This document shows positions 25,131 through 38,699 of a stretch of DNA of 64,000 bases, piece after piece. How positions within the stretch are numbered: the stretch's first letter is position 1; every line of letters starts with the position of its first letter. The position numbers and the translations under genes were made by a program. The stretch is from the NCBI GenBank assembly GCA_964199315.1, contig OZ116712.1, positions 7,316,001-7,380,000 on the forward strand. Reading direction: 5' to 3'. A model generated the notes under the pieces. That model saw nothing but the letters and a program-made list of their open reading frames with translations, did no database searches and was not told the DNA's origin. The stretch is from Orbicella franksi (taxonomy: Eukaryota).

Positions 25131-25705
25131 ATGTTTGCCCCACTTCCAGCCTTGAGCTTCACGCCGCAGCAGATCGCACAGGTCTGCGAAACTCTGGAGG
25201 AAAGCGGTGACATCGAGCGGTTGGCCAGATTTCTGTGGTCCTTGCCAGTGGCCCCTGGGACGCTAGAAGCCTTGAGCAAACATGAAAGCGTGCTCCGAGC
25301 GCGAGCCATTGTGGCGTTTCACATGGGAAATTTCCGGGACTTGTACCACATATTGGAGACGCATCGCTTCGGCAAAGATTCGCATGCTAAGCTGCAAGCG
25401 ATGTGGTTAGAAGCTCATTACCAAGAGGCTGAGAGACTTCGAGGGAGACCCTTAGGACCTGTCGATAAATATCGCGTTCGTAAGAAGTTCCCTCTTCCCA
25501 GGACAATTTGGGACGGAGAGCAGAAAACGCACTGTTTCAAGGAGAGAACAAGAAGCTTACTTCGCGAGTGGTATCTTCAGGATCCCTACCCAAATCCGAC
25601 AAAGAAGCGGGAACTGGCGCAAGCCACCGGCCTCACACCGACACAAGTTGGTAACTGGTTTAAAAATAGACGGCAAAGAGATCGTGCTGCTGCAGCTAAA
25701 AACAG
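25131..25705 (+). CDS. six3/6: Six3/6 (optix-class) homeobox transcription factor, exon 1 (Six domain + homeodomain)
   Basis: [39 protein letters not shown]... Six domain. Homeodomain has the Six3/6-diagnostic QKTH tetrapeptide ([12 protein letters not shown]) and K50 helix 3 ([17 protein letters not shown]). Donor AG|gtaaca in phase 2, as in vertebrate SIX3/SIX6. The ORF-track start at 25128 is a GTG; the ATG is at 25131. Confidence 0.99.
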
Positions 25706-28700
25706 GTAACAAATTTTAACTCTTACTACTTGCAAATTTTCGCTTTGCTTTCGCTCCGTCTGGGTCCAGGGTCATTTGTTGATTTTGTCATACTGCGCAA
25801 AGTTAAATATGGAAATCCTCTCAACGAAAATTCCCTTTTCGCCACCAAAAGCTCAAATCTCAGCACAGCTCAGCACGTTTGAAACGGAAACGGTCAAATT
25901 AGGATAAAGTTTAGCGGTGAAAATGCGATCCATGACTGCGTTTATGAGGGTTTCGCGGCCGCTTCCGTCACACAAAAGCCCTGCACTTCTCTCAAATTGG
26001 TTTAGGTGGTTTGCAGAATAACAGATGGGGTAGAACAACGCTTAATCCTGAAATATACACCGCACGGATAAGACCATTGATAGTCCGGCTCAGTGACAGT
26101 GTGTATATTTTATAGAAGCATGTGGTCAACAGATCGAAACAGACCTATCACTATTTGTTTCAAAGAGTCGCATTTGTTTTCCTTTATTTCGAAGCGTACT
26201 GTTTTAAACGAGAAATAGCCCCAATCCCATTGTACTCTATGGACGTGGCGCCAGAGAAATGTGTGTACAATAACACGCGCGCTTCGCATGTAAATTGTAC
26301 ACATGGTTTTCATCCGTATCATCGCCCTGCTATATACACTCGTCTGATGAAGGAAATTGATCGAGATACCGTTTCCCTTGAGATCTTCCGGAATTGTGTA
26401 GCATCTCTTAAATTCCACTCTACCGTCATTTGTTTTCGCAAGGAATATTTGATAATTTTCTTAGGTACTTAGAAAGGATTACGAGCTGCATTTGGTTATT
26501 TGTTTACCGTATTTTCATCTAATAACTATTTTGAGGCATTATGAAGGCAAATGTATTATTTTTTCACGCGCGGACACATCGCTGATGGCTCGCCAGAAAT
26601 TGTAATCCTATCTTTCTTAAATTGTTTTTAATCGTCCACGACGAAAGATACGAAAAAGTAAAAATTGGTCCGACCACGAGAAGAAGGAGAAGATGAACAG
26701 CAGGACTGTAATCGTTTCAACTTCCACACACTGATATTAAGTGTGAAGTGGGAGGCACTCGCACTGACCAACTTTTACAACGTGAAAAGGCGATAACAAG
26801 GTTTCGCATTTAGCAAGCAAACATTAAACGAAATGACATGAAAGCTTAAAATATTAATTAAACTCATTTGCCCAACGCAGACGGGGCGGATTGTGCGGTA
26901 TTTAAAACGTTGCCTTGCAAATCCTAATATTATCTGTAAACAGAAAATGAGAAAAGAAAAACATTTCATTTTTCCTTCTGGACATTCCTTGACATGTAGG
27001 TAAACCGATGTGTTCAACTCAACCTTTTATCAACTGGAAGCTTTCTGTTTTCCTGTTTTGCTGTTGTGTGCTTGCAGTGTGAATGAGTTTAAGGTTATAG
27101 TAATCTCCAAATCGCGCAGTAAGACTGTTTTGAGAACTAATGAAGTATTTATTTGAATACAGTTTTACCGATACGAGCAACGATACTCAACTAGAGTTTC
27201 CTTCCTCTCATTAGGAAAGTGTCTATCAAGTTTTATTTTTTGCAACACTGCGGGTTTATAATTTGCGCTCCATTTTCTAATTTGTTGACTCGTTGAAGTT
27301 TAACGGCGAAACATACATCCTCAGTACACTTCCACAAGCGTTATGTAATCCGGCGGGGATCCAATGCGCCAGTTGGTTTTTAACAAATAGATCGTTTCTA
27401 CGGAAATACGCTCTTCTTTTCCTTAGTTACGAAAATCGCGAGATAGCTTTGTTGAGTACGAGTGAAAATCATTCACACCTAGTTTAGGAATAGAGAATTA
27501 GCAAATTGAGTGACTCTGTACTGATAAGTATCATTAAGACTATTAGGCCTTTCAGGCATAGCGTTTAACGCCCAAACTCATAACTTAACAAGAAAAAAGT
27601 AGGCCGAGACAATGGTTTTAGTCCGGTTCATTGATAAACCTTGCGTTTGCTTCCTTTTCCTTCCCGGCAATACTTTCATTTGAAATTTGTTTTTGTCCGT
27701 GACTACTTATTTCCAAATCCAAGAGCAGGATCTTTGTGTAAAATGTTTTCTTCACATCCCTTTCTGTTATTTTAGTTACGTTTGCACTTTCGGCGCTCAA
27801 ATTGTATTGTGAAACTGTCGAGCGAAAAAAAAAGTCATTAATTTATTTCTCCGGTTAAAGACACATGCAATGAACAACATCACTTCCCCGAATACTACTG
27901 AAAACAAGTGATAATGGGCGAACAAAACAGCGATATCTGTTTTCTGTGATATTGGCCGGGCGCGAGTAGTCAGAAAGTATCTCCAATAGCAATAGTTCTA
28001 TTTTCGATTGCAAGTTTATTTCTACTTTTCATAATGTGATGTCCCATTTTTAACAATAAATGCAATCTCGAAAATGTACGTTGTTTTGGAAACGCAGTAT
28101 ACTTCTTCGCAATGGCTGTTTTCTCGACGCGAGTTCCATTGTTTATTAGTGGCTTTAAGAAATCAGTTTGGGTTATTAATGAACGAGGTGATTCTTTGAA
28201 AATAGCCTTTGAATGGCGGTTTTCTGCGGTTGGATGGAAATTTCATGGAAATATAAGTTTTCAACCTGGGTGTTCAAACTCCATGTATTTGTACAATCCT
28301 GACTGAAGGGGTTTCGAGTTTGTATTCGATCCGGCACCAAACTTCATCCCGTGTCAAATTTATAACGAGTCCTTTCAATTAAACACTTACTCTGAGCTTG
28401 TGGTCGAACTGGATTATTCAAACTGAAAACTCTGCTCACCCCTCAGTAATTACGAGCGCGCATTTAGCAAATAAAGTTGTTTGGGGTTGGAAGTTTTTAT
28501 TTCATGTCTATTGAAGATCCTACAGCCTTTGAGCTTGACACAACTTGATGTTTTTATTCACCCCTCGGTAGAAAAACTCCTGCAAACCAACAATAGAGCA
28601 CAATAAATTGTGTGATAATATATATATTTTTGTCGACCGCATGTCTAGTTTTGCTTTCTCATAAATGAAACGCCCAGAGGATCGCATCTCATTTCAGCAC

Positions 28701-28908
28701 TCGAGCACGATACATTTGTTCCTTTTGAAGCCAGTGAAAGCCTATTGATGCAGGCGGCAGGCAAATCACAGATGTATACTGCCTGCAGCGATTGTATTAC
28801 CAGGAATTATGCGCTGATTTCTTTCAATTTTCACCCCAGTGAAAACCTATGTAATCCAATGACTTCTCCTAAATCACTAACGATTTATTTCATTACTTCC
28901 CTTGGCAG

Positions 28909-29047
28909 AATGAATCAACAGCAAGGTCAACACCTATCGCAGTGCAAGGGAAGTTTTTCTCCAGAGGGAAAAGCTATGGAAGACTTTCGCGGGCTAAAAA
29001 ATTCACCAATTTCCAGTTCAACAGACGACCTACGCAAAGGCGAGTGA
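28909..29047 (+). CDS. six3/6: Six3/6 exon 2 (C-terminal tail, R-MNQQQGQHLSQ...DLRKGE*)
   Basis: Branch-like TCACTAAC at ~28874, pyrimidine tract and cag| at 28908. Phase 2 completes AG|A (Arg), open to TGA at 29045-29047. Total 714 nt = 237 aa, a typical Six3/6 length. Confidence 0.8.
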
Positions 29048-32000
29048 ATCTCAGAAGAAAAATTTAAAAACAACGCTTTCGAACAATCAAAGAGAGAAGC
29101 AGAGGACGACTGACTACAAGAAAAGAAAAAGAAATAACGAACGCTGTGGATGGCAGATATTTAATATTGGTTTGTGGAGCCAAAACGAAGCGCAACACTC
29201 TCTTAAAAAATAATACATGCAAGAGGAACACTTGAAAAAGCTACATAAAGTTTATTGCCGAATTTTGAATTGTTGTACAGAGAAATATCGTTGTAAATGT
29301 TCAAATATATAAATATAATATGCGATGGGCGCAGTTCTTGTAACATAAAATCTCTTCGTACCGGGCTACTAGATGTTGGATGACTTGAAAAAAAAAAAAA
29401 AGAAAGAAAAGAAATGCAACGCATCGTGGCTGACATTTTCATGTTTTGATGATGCGACGGATTTTAAGTCGCTATCATCAGTTTAAAAGAGAAGGATTGA
29501 CAGAGAAAATAGTAAAGTTGTTCGAATACAATGAGTATTTACTGTTCTCTTGTAATCTATATTACAGTAATACGCGATCGGTTTACTGGATATTAGTTTT
29601 GGGGTTTCTTTTTGGGGCTGTAGCTTTTTTTTTCTTTTCAGCCCGCGCTAAGTGAGCTGTTTTGCGTTAGTGTCATCTCCCATTCAGCTGTTGTGCCTTT
29701 ACATTAATGGAAAATCTTTTGTTCGTATCCATTGACACTATTCCTTGCTAACTCGTCTTTTCGAACTATTTTCAACCACTCGATTAGCATTTGAAAAAAA
29801 AGAAGAAAAAGAAACTCGCTAATAGATCCCTTTGTAGAAACAGCCTGAAAGTGACAGCGTGTTATAACGATTAGCACTTGGCCTTAGGGTTTGTTAAAAG
29901 CGCGCTAATTGCTTACTATTTCTATTCTTCTTTGCTACAAATGGCGTCCAAACAGTGCCCTCAAAGGACTGAATACCGTTTTGCGTTACATTGCTGTGAG
30001 GGTTGCTTTATCGATAAAGATGTCAAACTTATGTCAAATGCACTCTTAATGATTGCCACCCAACAATGGTTAATTATCATAATGTCTACGTGTAATACGC
30101 CTCAACTGTAAACAGAGCGGTCATCGTGAAAAGTTCGGGGCCAAAAATGTCTCTAATGGCTGCAATCACTTAGTGATGGCGGAGAATTAATCAAATCACG
30201 TTTGGCCTTTTCGTTGGTTCTATTAGCGGCAACTCCAAAAACTAAAATCTAGCCTTGAGAACTTATTTTTTGGGTAGCAGCGCTGAGCAGATGTTTCGAA
30301 TCTCGATTCAAAGGTTTTTTTAGGAGATAACAGCCGAGTGAAAGTCTTATTGTAAAAGATACGCTATCAACGCTCAGAGAAAACCTCGGGTCAAAGTTTG
30401 TCAGGTGCGGTTTAGCTCAATAACTCCGAAGAATGCGGAGACATTTCTCGACAGGAGATTTAAGAAGAAAACACTTTAAGCTTATCGATCTGTCAGTTAC
30501 AGGGCATCGTCCAAATATTTGCCAAACTGAAGCGCAGATAATGCAAACAGCTATATCTATCTTTAAAAGGTTATCTGCGTCCAAATCCCGAGAAATCTCA
30601 AATGGCTACTGCCGAGGAAAACTTGATAAAAATAAAATAGAACAGAACAAAAAGCTTTGCGCAAATTTCCCATTAATCGCCTGGAGTTCAAGGCTATGAA
30701 AATGTCTAGCCTCAGTTTTTGATGGTCTGTCGTATCGGTAGATTATCGCTATCTGAAAGCTTTTATGACACCTAAAAGCACCGGAAAAGAGGTATTTGCA
30801 GTAATACATCCGAAACCAAACAAAACCGATATGAACATAAAGCGCTTTAAATATCAGAATAAACAATTTTATTTTAGGAAATTCACACCATATCTGGTAA
30901 GGGTAGTTGCAATCATCAATTGAAAATTGCCTTTAGCCTTCGCAAAGCGAAATATTTTCTGGTGATTCTCACGCAATATTTGCATATGGAGTTGTATTTC
31001 ACCGTCTAGTAGCAGATGCGTCGCATTTGGTTGAAATCTCAGTAATTACTGTCTATCACGTATCGTACCTGAAATCAGGGCAAAATCGAGGCTCATATTG
31101 ATTTTATCTCGAACTAAGATATCAAAAACAAACAAGAAGAGCACTTACTTAAGTGGAATTTTTAGCTTTTGCGCCAGATATTGTTGCGGTTCCCAAATGG
31201 TCGCCTTTTTGCATTGCAATTAGTAGTTCTTATTATGCGCCCTATTTTAAGTTCGTTCGTGTGTGAACTTCAGAGAAAAACATTAAAGATCGGATCAGAT
31301 AACTATTGAAAAATTGCCTTGAATCCACAGAAATTTTTGGTTTACTATAATATCGTAGAAAAAAGACCTTCCTTTAAAATAAGTAATAGTAAAAATAATA
31401 CAACTAGAAATGGGTGTAAATTACAGATATTTGTTGAAGAAATCGGGTCATTTTTATTGTTTCCTGTCTCATAGGCCGGCTTTAGCTTTAGACGGTCTAA
31501 GATACATTAACCATCAGTCAACGAAAAGGCATGCTGAACATCCGTGCACTATAATTTGCGCACTCTCAGTCACATATTTTGAGAAAAAAAAGCTCGTCAT
31601 TACTTCATGAAATATAATGAACACTTCGTTTTGTTTTGAAAATGTAACGAAACGTTCACTAAGATACAACGAATTGCGGACTGGTATCCGTCTTTTCTTA
31701 GTCTTGAGTCTAGTTAAGCCACCGAATGCGATGAAAATAAAATGGCTTTGCAGTTTTAAAACACGACACTTTCAAGAAGGTTATTGGAAACACAGTCGTC
31801 GATGCTTTTCAGGTCCATTCACGGTGAAATTACGGCAAGGGCGCCTTCGATATTACCCTAGAATTACCGACGATCTAAATGTGGGAAATCTACTCAGTCT
31901 TCATGATAATTCTACCAAGGCGAATGAAAGGAATTACTTGTTTTTCGTAAACTTGAGCTACAATAGATTTTTTTAAAATGCAGTTTTCTGAGCTGATGAA

Positions 32001-35000
32001 ATTATGTTTAATGAATCCTTCGCAATTTAAACCTTCCATTAAGGCACGTGTTGACAGAACGTATCAAAAATCCTGGCCGCAATTCTCAGCCGTGGATCAG
32101 CAAAGCACGTCTCTCGTTCAAGCCATTAATAATACTTAGACGCAAGCCTAAGTGAAAAGGCAAGGTATTCAGTTAAACTCAACGGTGTGTTAGTGTAATC
32201 CACTTCTGTAGAGTACTTGGCTCTTGTTAGCAGACAGTCTTAAGTAACAGTTTCAGCTACGGTACGATGGCTTTTGCTGGAATTATTGAGACAGTTCACC
32301 TGCAAAAAGAAATGAGAGAGCTTTAAGAAACTACCGAAAACTGTTTTCTTCCCAGACAATCCAACTGAATACTTCTACACTTTTTTTTACATGGAACTCG
32401 TGTATACAAGAAGTGTTACTTAGTAAACATTGACGTGTGCTTTGGGAAGCGCTTGATAGGTTAAGTTCGTTGAATTACGATCAGTCAGAATAAAATTAAA
32501 ACTAAACGGTCAGTATAAACGACCATGGAGGTTGAGTTGAATTTGCGATACTGCTGGCGGGCACGCCGAGGAAATGTGCACGAGCATGCATGCAGTAAAA
32601 TATAGTAAGGAACAGAATTGCCAAGGGCTAACTGCTAGTGTAAAATATATACTTCTTGTACATTTGCTTGACCGGACAGGTCGAGATCAACTGTCGCTCC
32701 CAGATGTCGACCGGGAGGACAAATTGTGGTTACCTTAGGGAGTTATGCGATCTTACAGAAATAGCTACTATTTGAAGTTGTAGAAGAGAAGAATAGAATG
32801 CCCTTGTTCAGGAGAAAAGATAAACGATAGTAATAATTGACTTAAACCCCTTTCGGCTCATAAGTGTAGGTTAGTGCGCATTGCATGGACAGTAGTTGCG
32901 ATTTCATTTTTGAATTTTTCATGTTTGAAGCTATCGTAACTTAAGAAAACAAGCAAACACTACTACTCTATCTCCTTATTTGCTTCAGGGTTTTAATTAA
33001 TTGGTCCCTGGTTGTAATTTTTAGTCCTTGACTTCCACACAAGATAACCTTCCTTTGTGGTCCTAAAAGGTGCATTTTTATCTCGATGGTTCCAATACTG
33101 ATTATAAAAGACCTCAACATTTTTTCCCCATTGACCACAATGAGATGAAAATGGGTGAGGTAAATATAACGTCAAAGCGGATAAGGCAAACATTTGGCAG
33201 TGTGAATAGCCACATACAGATGTTGAACAGTCTCACTTTGGGTGAAGCAGGTTTGTCTTCACGTCATTGTAGTCTGACTCTTCCTAACATAATATACTGA
33301 TAAAAACAAAAAAACATTGTGGATGATTCTGTTTGAGTAGGCTCGATAAAAAATCGAGTGTAATTTAGGTCTCTTTTACCTCCTGTTCCTCCCCTTCAGT
33401 TGTATGGGTATTAGATGAGAATTTGCATAGTGCCAAACAGACTTATGAGCATGAGCTGGTCGTTGTTTCTATCAATAGTACCGAATTGACATTAACAGTA
33501 CTGTTGGCCGAGTGAACCTGCTGCAGCAGCATCTAGCTTCAAATCTATTGAGCTGCAATGCTCCGAGCATTTCGCTTGCACACATACCTTGTAACTGCAT
33601 GGTGATAGAATATCCGAGTTTCAATGTTTGATCAACATGCTCCGGATGGCCGACAGAATTATTTGGATGAATGCCTTCACCTAAGTCGTATTTTCAGCCC
33701 TGAATCATGATAGCCATATAATTTGTCATTTATCTGTGGGGAAATGAATTGAGAAGGAATTTGGAATTACTTGCTGAACTGATCAATATACATGCATGCA
33801 GCACTTATGGTATATTTGAGTGTAAAACCTCAGTACTCAGTGGTCCATTTGCTTTAACACAACTAAACAAGGCTCTTTAGCAGATTTGTAATCCTCAAGC
33901 TCCTCATTAGTTAAGTTAATATGCTTCAGTTGAACACCTCTCAATTCGATCTTAATCCAATTAAAAGGGAATGCTTCCGTCTGTGTTCTATATTCATGAC
34001 TCGACTATTTTGCCGTGGCACTCAGGATTTGCGAAGACTGAAGCTCGTAGCTCCCCTATTTCCACTAGGAATCCAGGGGTTTGTTTGCTTGCAGTTGGCT
34101 TGCAGGAATTGTATCGTGTTACCCTTAAATGATCTCGTTGATAGTTTGTTGTACCCTTTTACAGACTGTGCAATGCCGGCAATGCATCACCCTCACTGTG
34201 TTGCTGCGGAAGTAGCTTGACAGTGCCATATATCGTGTTAGCCGAGATAGGCGGCTTTCAATTTTGCCAGTGACATGAACTTTCAGTTGTACTTGAGATG
34301 TATTTTACTTCAATACACCCGGCAATACAAATTTCTTATTATATGATGCAATGTTTTTTCCTCAACTTAACCGATGGTAGTTGTCTCATCCTTGGATTTT
34401 GAGATTTTTTCTGGCGATTTACTGAGAAAACTTGCACATCAGCACAGTCTCTTAATTTGATGTTTAAAAGTCATACCTTTATTATTTCTACATTCTTAAA
34501 ACTGCACGTTTTGATTCTTAAACCTCATCTAATTCACTGTTGTCGTTTTTTTTATTTATTTATTTGAGCAATGCTTATAATTCCAATAGTCTCCAATTTA
34601 TGATAAGAATCAAAACTTAATATCTTTTGCTTTGCTATATCACGTCCTAATAACAGCAAAATAAGAGATAAAACGCCCAACACGTCCAAGGCATGGAATT
34701 GAAATGAAATTAAGAAGAATACAAAATAGAGGTGACTGAAGCTACACTGTTCCCTACCACATTGTTCTTTCTGCAGCTCTGTTGTTGCCGTTCTCCAGAA
34801 CGACGTCTACTCAAAAACACAAACACGAACTCTGAAATGAAAACTTGGACTCGATTTCACTTGGCAATGAACCTCTTCGCTGGTATTTGCCACTACTTGA
34901 CCTTTTAAAGGCTCATTTATGGTTGTAGAATGCCATACCGAATGTTTCTATGATCTGCAACACGACTACCACCTTGAAAGCCCATAATGGGTTGGTCGTC

Positions 35001-38000
35001 TTGATTTTCATGTCACAAAGCGCAAGGAGCCAACTTTGCCAAGGATGAAATCCTTAGTGCACTTGGGTTTGGTCAGCTTGCTTGGCCTCCAGGTCTGTCC
35101 ATCAACGAAGCATGTTTGACGTTTCGTGAGATATCGCTTTTACTATTTCCTTCATTTGTGGACTCTTCAAATGACACTTTGTTATCGTATATGAGCTGTG
35201 GGATCTGTATCTGTTGATAAGTGGCGTTATCTGACCCAAACAAACATGGCGTCGCTTACGTCGGTGGTCGTGGGCTGAGGAAGTCATTTAATAACAGTCA
35301 TTGATAATTTCCGTACTTGAAATCTAGCATGTAATCTGTATCAGTTTCAACAATGTCGTATTTGAATGCAGATCACTTGGATGTTCATGTAACACAGTTT
35401 CCTTTTCATGTACAAATTTGCATTTATCGTTCTTTCAGTCAGTTTTGAGGAAGCTTGCGCTGCACCGAAATCGAACCCAGAAGTACCTGACAACGACTAC
35501 AGCCCCTCAGTCAAACATTTGTCAAAGTCGCTTTTTCGTTAATTGTTTTCGATTACTCTGTAGTACTTGACATCTGTACAGATTTAAATTGAGAGCAAGC
35601 AACTTTTGTTTTTTCACCTTCTTTAGAATATCTATACGCTGTTCGATTAAGGATAAATGAACGGCACAACAGGGTGCTTTTCTGGCTTGACGCTGTAATT
35701 CGTAAATAGTTGAATTAATTGTCGCGCAAAGTGCAAGATTTTTTAATTCAAGTTTGCCATGTGAAGAAAAGCATTTCTAACTTTCCGTGGGTCTTCAGTA
35801 ATCGTAAGCTTCGTACAGCTTGTTTTGCGGCTTTCCTAATACATTACAGCGCAATATTTTCAAACATTCAGGTCGATTTAAATTTGGGCGGTCCTTAAAG
35901 GCTTACTCTAAGGATTGCTGTCACTTCAAATATGAGATTTTAATTTGACACCGCGGTGTATGCGGTAAATATTACTACCATTGTGTTTATTTCGCTCGCA
36001 GTTAGGGACATAAACGCAGTCCATTATTTGACTTGATTCTCTTGTTGACCTTTCCTTCTAAGAAGGTTTCTGTGTATGGAATCTTCTTGCAAATGAAACC
36101 TTAAGTTATTTGCAGAAATTAGTGTTCGAAGCAGCTGCATAGCAGGCCGACGCTTTTCGAAACAAATAGATTTGGCTCTGCTATTAACGGCAAACTAAAT
36201 CTTCTGCTAACAGGATTTAATGGCGAAACGTTTCACGGCTTCAGAAAGCCTTCCCATCGGTAAATGAGATAAATTGCCAGATTATAAAATACCGCTTGAC
36301 AAGAACCGGTGCAGTCGCCAGTTTTAATGCTTTGATATTCAATATTATCGACTTTTTTCCGTTTCACTTATCGTCTTGAAAAGGTGCAAATGGGAGTTTT
36401 AACCAAAGTGTAGAATTGTAGCTTCTAACAGCCTTATTCATGAAACTCTTTTTGTCTCTTACAGTCTTTTCTGGCTAAACGCCGACAGTTATTTTCAATA
36501 ACCCACACATCGAAAATTACCGCTGCCTTATTTATCTGCTCCTGTAAAAATAGTTTCTTTTGTTGTTTTATTGTCATTTTCGTTTTACATGTGTAGATCT
36601 TGCACCTGTCTCTTAATCCTTTGAATCCCAGTCGAAAAAAGGTCTTGCTTGTAGATAAGGTCTAAACTAGTTTGGTTTATTCTTGGCATCATGCAAGAAT
36701 CAGTTACATTAACGTGGCAAACGATCTTTCGAACTTGAAAAATCTTACCGTTTGATCGTTAAAAGATGGCTCGCTTGCTAGCAAAGATGGAATCGGTTAG
36801 TTTGAGGCTCCAGAGTCTAAGAGGATTGAGTTCGTAAAACAATATAATATAATAACTTACACTAGAGAGCACTCCATGCTGCAATGGCCATGGATATACT
36901 TACTGACTTACATACTTGATTTTTGCCATAAAAGTATAGAACTGGATATCACTGGTCTTTGAAACAACAGACAATACTAGCTGTAAAATCTCGAGGTGTA
37001 ATTGAATGTTAACATTATCTGTTTATATGTGTAAGTTATGGGCAACGTTGCCTATATAAGCCTGTATAAGTTAACCTTATATTCAAGTAGCTGAGTACCT
37101 GCACAACACAGAGTGCATCATTCTTTTCCTGAATTTCTTATCGACTTTAGGAAACTACAAAATACTATCGTAGAGACGTTGAGATAAGCCGCCAGGGAAG
37201 CAATCATTTATATTCATAACATGGATTGCTAAGATGGGGTTGATTTTAAAATGGATATCAAACTCACAAGTTGATTTTCTAAAGGTGTAATTTTTATGTC
37301 ATTAGAATTCGCTATTTGTGTTCAAGAGCCAGGTTGTACGTACAGTCCTTAATATTTAGATGTCTTTTCATCGATTTTCTTCGGATGTCTGACATGCGCA
37401 TATAAGATCTCCTTATCTGTTAAAAGCGACGCGGATGACGGTTAAGTTAACAAGCTTCTGTACCTACACGAGTCAACTTTAAGAAATTTTATCTGTCGCT
37501 AATTTTCGTCGTTCCCGATTCTTTCTCATGAATGACGACAGTTTCGGGAAAGCTAAGTTCCAAGACGAAATTGCACTCAAAAGAAACATGTTAACCTTAA
37601 AAAATGGTAAACGTTTAGAAAACGCAAATAACTTATTCTGTTGATATAAAAACAGTGCTTTTTTTACTTGCTACAACGATGATTATAACATCGAGAAGGC
37701 TATTGATGCTTTTCAGTTTTGCAAATTTATTAAACCAGTCTTCCATTTTATTTCATCCAAGTCATAAGTGAGACCTTCAAATAACAAGACATTTTCTAGA
37801 CATAACCTTTCTGGTAAGAAGCCTTTCAAATTTTTTTCAAAGGCTCTTTTTTGGACAGATTAGTTTCAGGTTGGCCTATTGTCGTAGGGGCTTATTATTG
37901 AGGAATTTTGCGCTTCAAAGAAGGAACTTAGCGTCTGAAACTTTCTAGATGCACATAAGAAAACAGTATAGCTCGGTAAGCGTTACCATGTAAAAGAAAT

Positions 38001-38699
38001 CCTACAGTCTCCAGGTGAATATCAAAAGTCTGAGATATTATAATGACATAATATTCAAAACAACCTTACAAAACAGTAGGAGCTTTGTAATCGCCGGAGA
38101 GTTGTATTGTTCTTTGAGAGCTAATGGGCGTATTTTCGGGAGACCTTATTATTGCATGGAAGGATATTCGCATCTAAGATTTGGAGGTATTGTATTTGGG
38201 TGGGCAAACGTGTTTTCGAGGCGGGTTTGTTGTCGGAATTGTCCGGTTAACAATTTCATGCTCCATGATCATTTTTGTTGTAGCTCTAACATCATAAATC
38301 TCTTTGCTATACCTTATTGCTGCACATAATACGTTGATTATACATCCTTTTTTTCGTGGTACGGTGCAAAAATTCTCTTGATTAATTTTGTTTTGTCGCC
38401 AGTTTTGTTTTGTTTTGCCTTCCTCCTAATCTTCCTCCACTGTCTTATTGGAAAAAGGCGGACTAAAAAGTATTGCATATATCTGACTACTAAAACTTTA
38501 GTCTGATCACTCAGATATAAACTGCTTTAAATTATTTTTTGGGATTTCATGTTAGAGTCAGCCATACGACAAAAGATCGTACAACAACTTTTGATAAGTA
38601 GCTTATTACGACGCAAGGAGACTCGTTCTTTTAAGCCTGTATGTCTGCATACCACTTTAGAAGATACTTATTTTGTTAAACATGTTCCATGAATTAAAC

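Noticed and set aside
25085-25309. 74-aa minus-strand ORF
   Set aside because: Antisense shadow of the GC-rich Six3/6 coding exon.
28745-28908. N-terminal part of the 100-aa ORF 28745..29047
   Set aside because: Lies upstream of the acceptor (branch point and pyrimidine tract); intronic. Only 28909-29047 is taken as coding.
33900-34220. ALPALHSL-like motif on the minus strand suggesting a cnidarian transposon-associated protein
   Set aside because: A single short motif with an immediate stop; insufficient evidence.
35240-35330. AAACATGGCG start context (+) and a GTAAGC donor (-)
   Set aside because: The plus ORF is only 10 codons; a lone donor is expected by chance.
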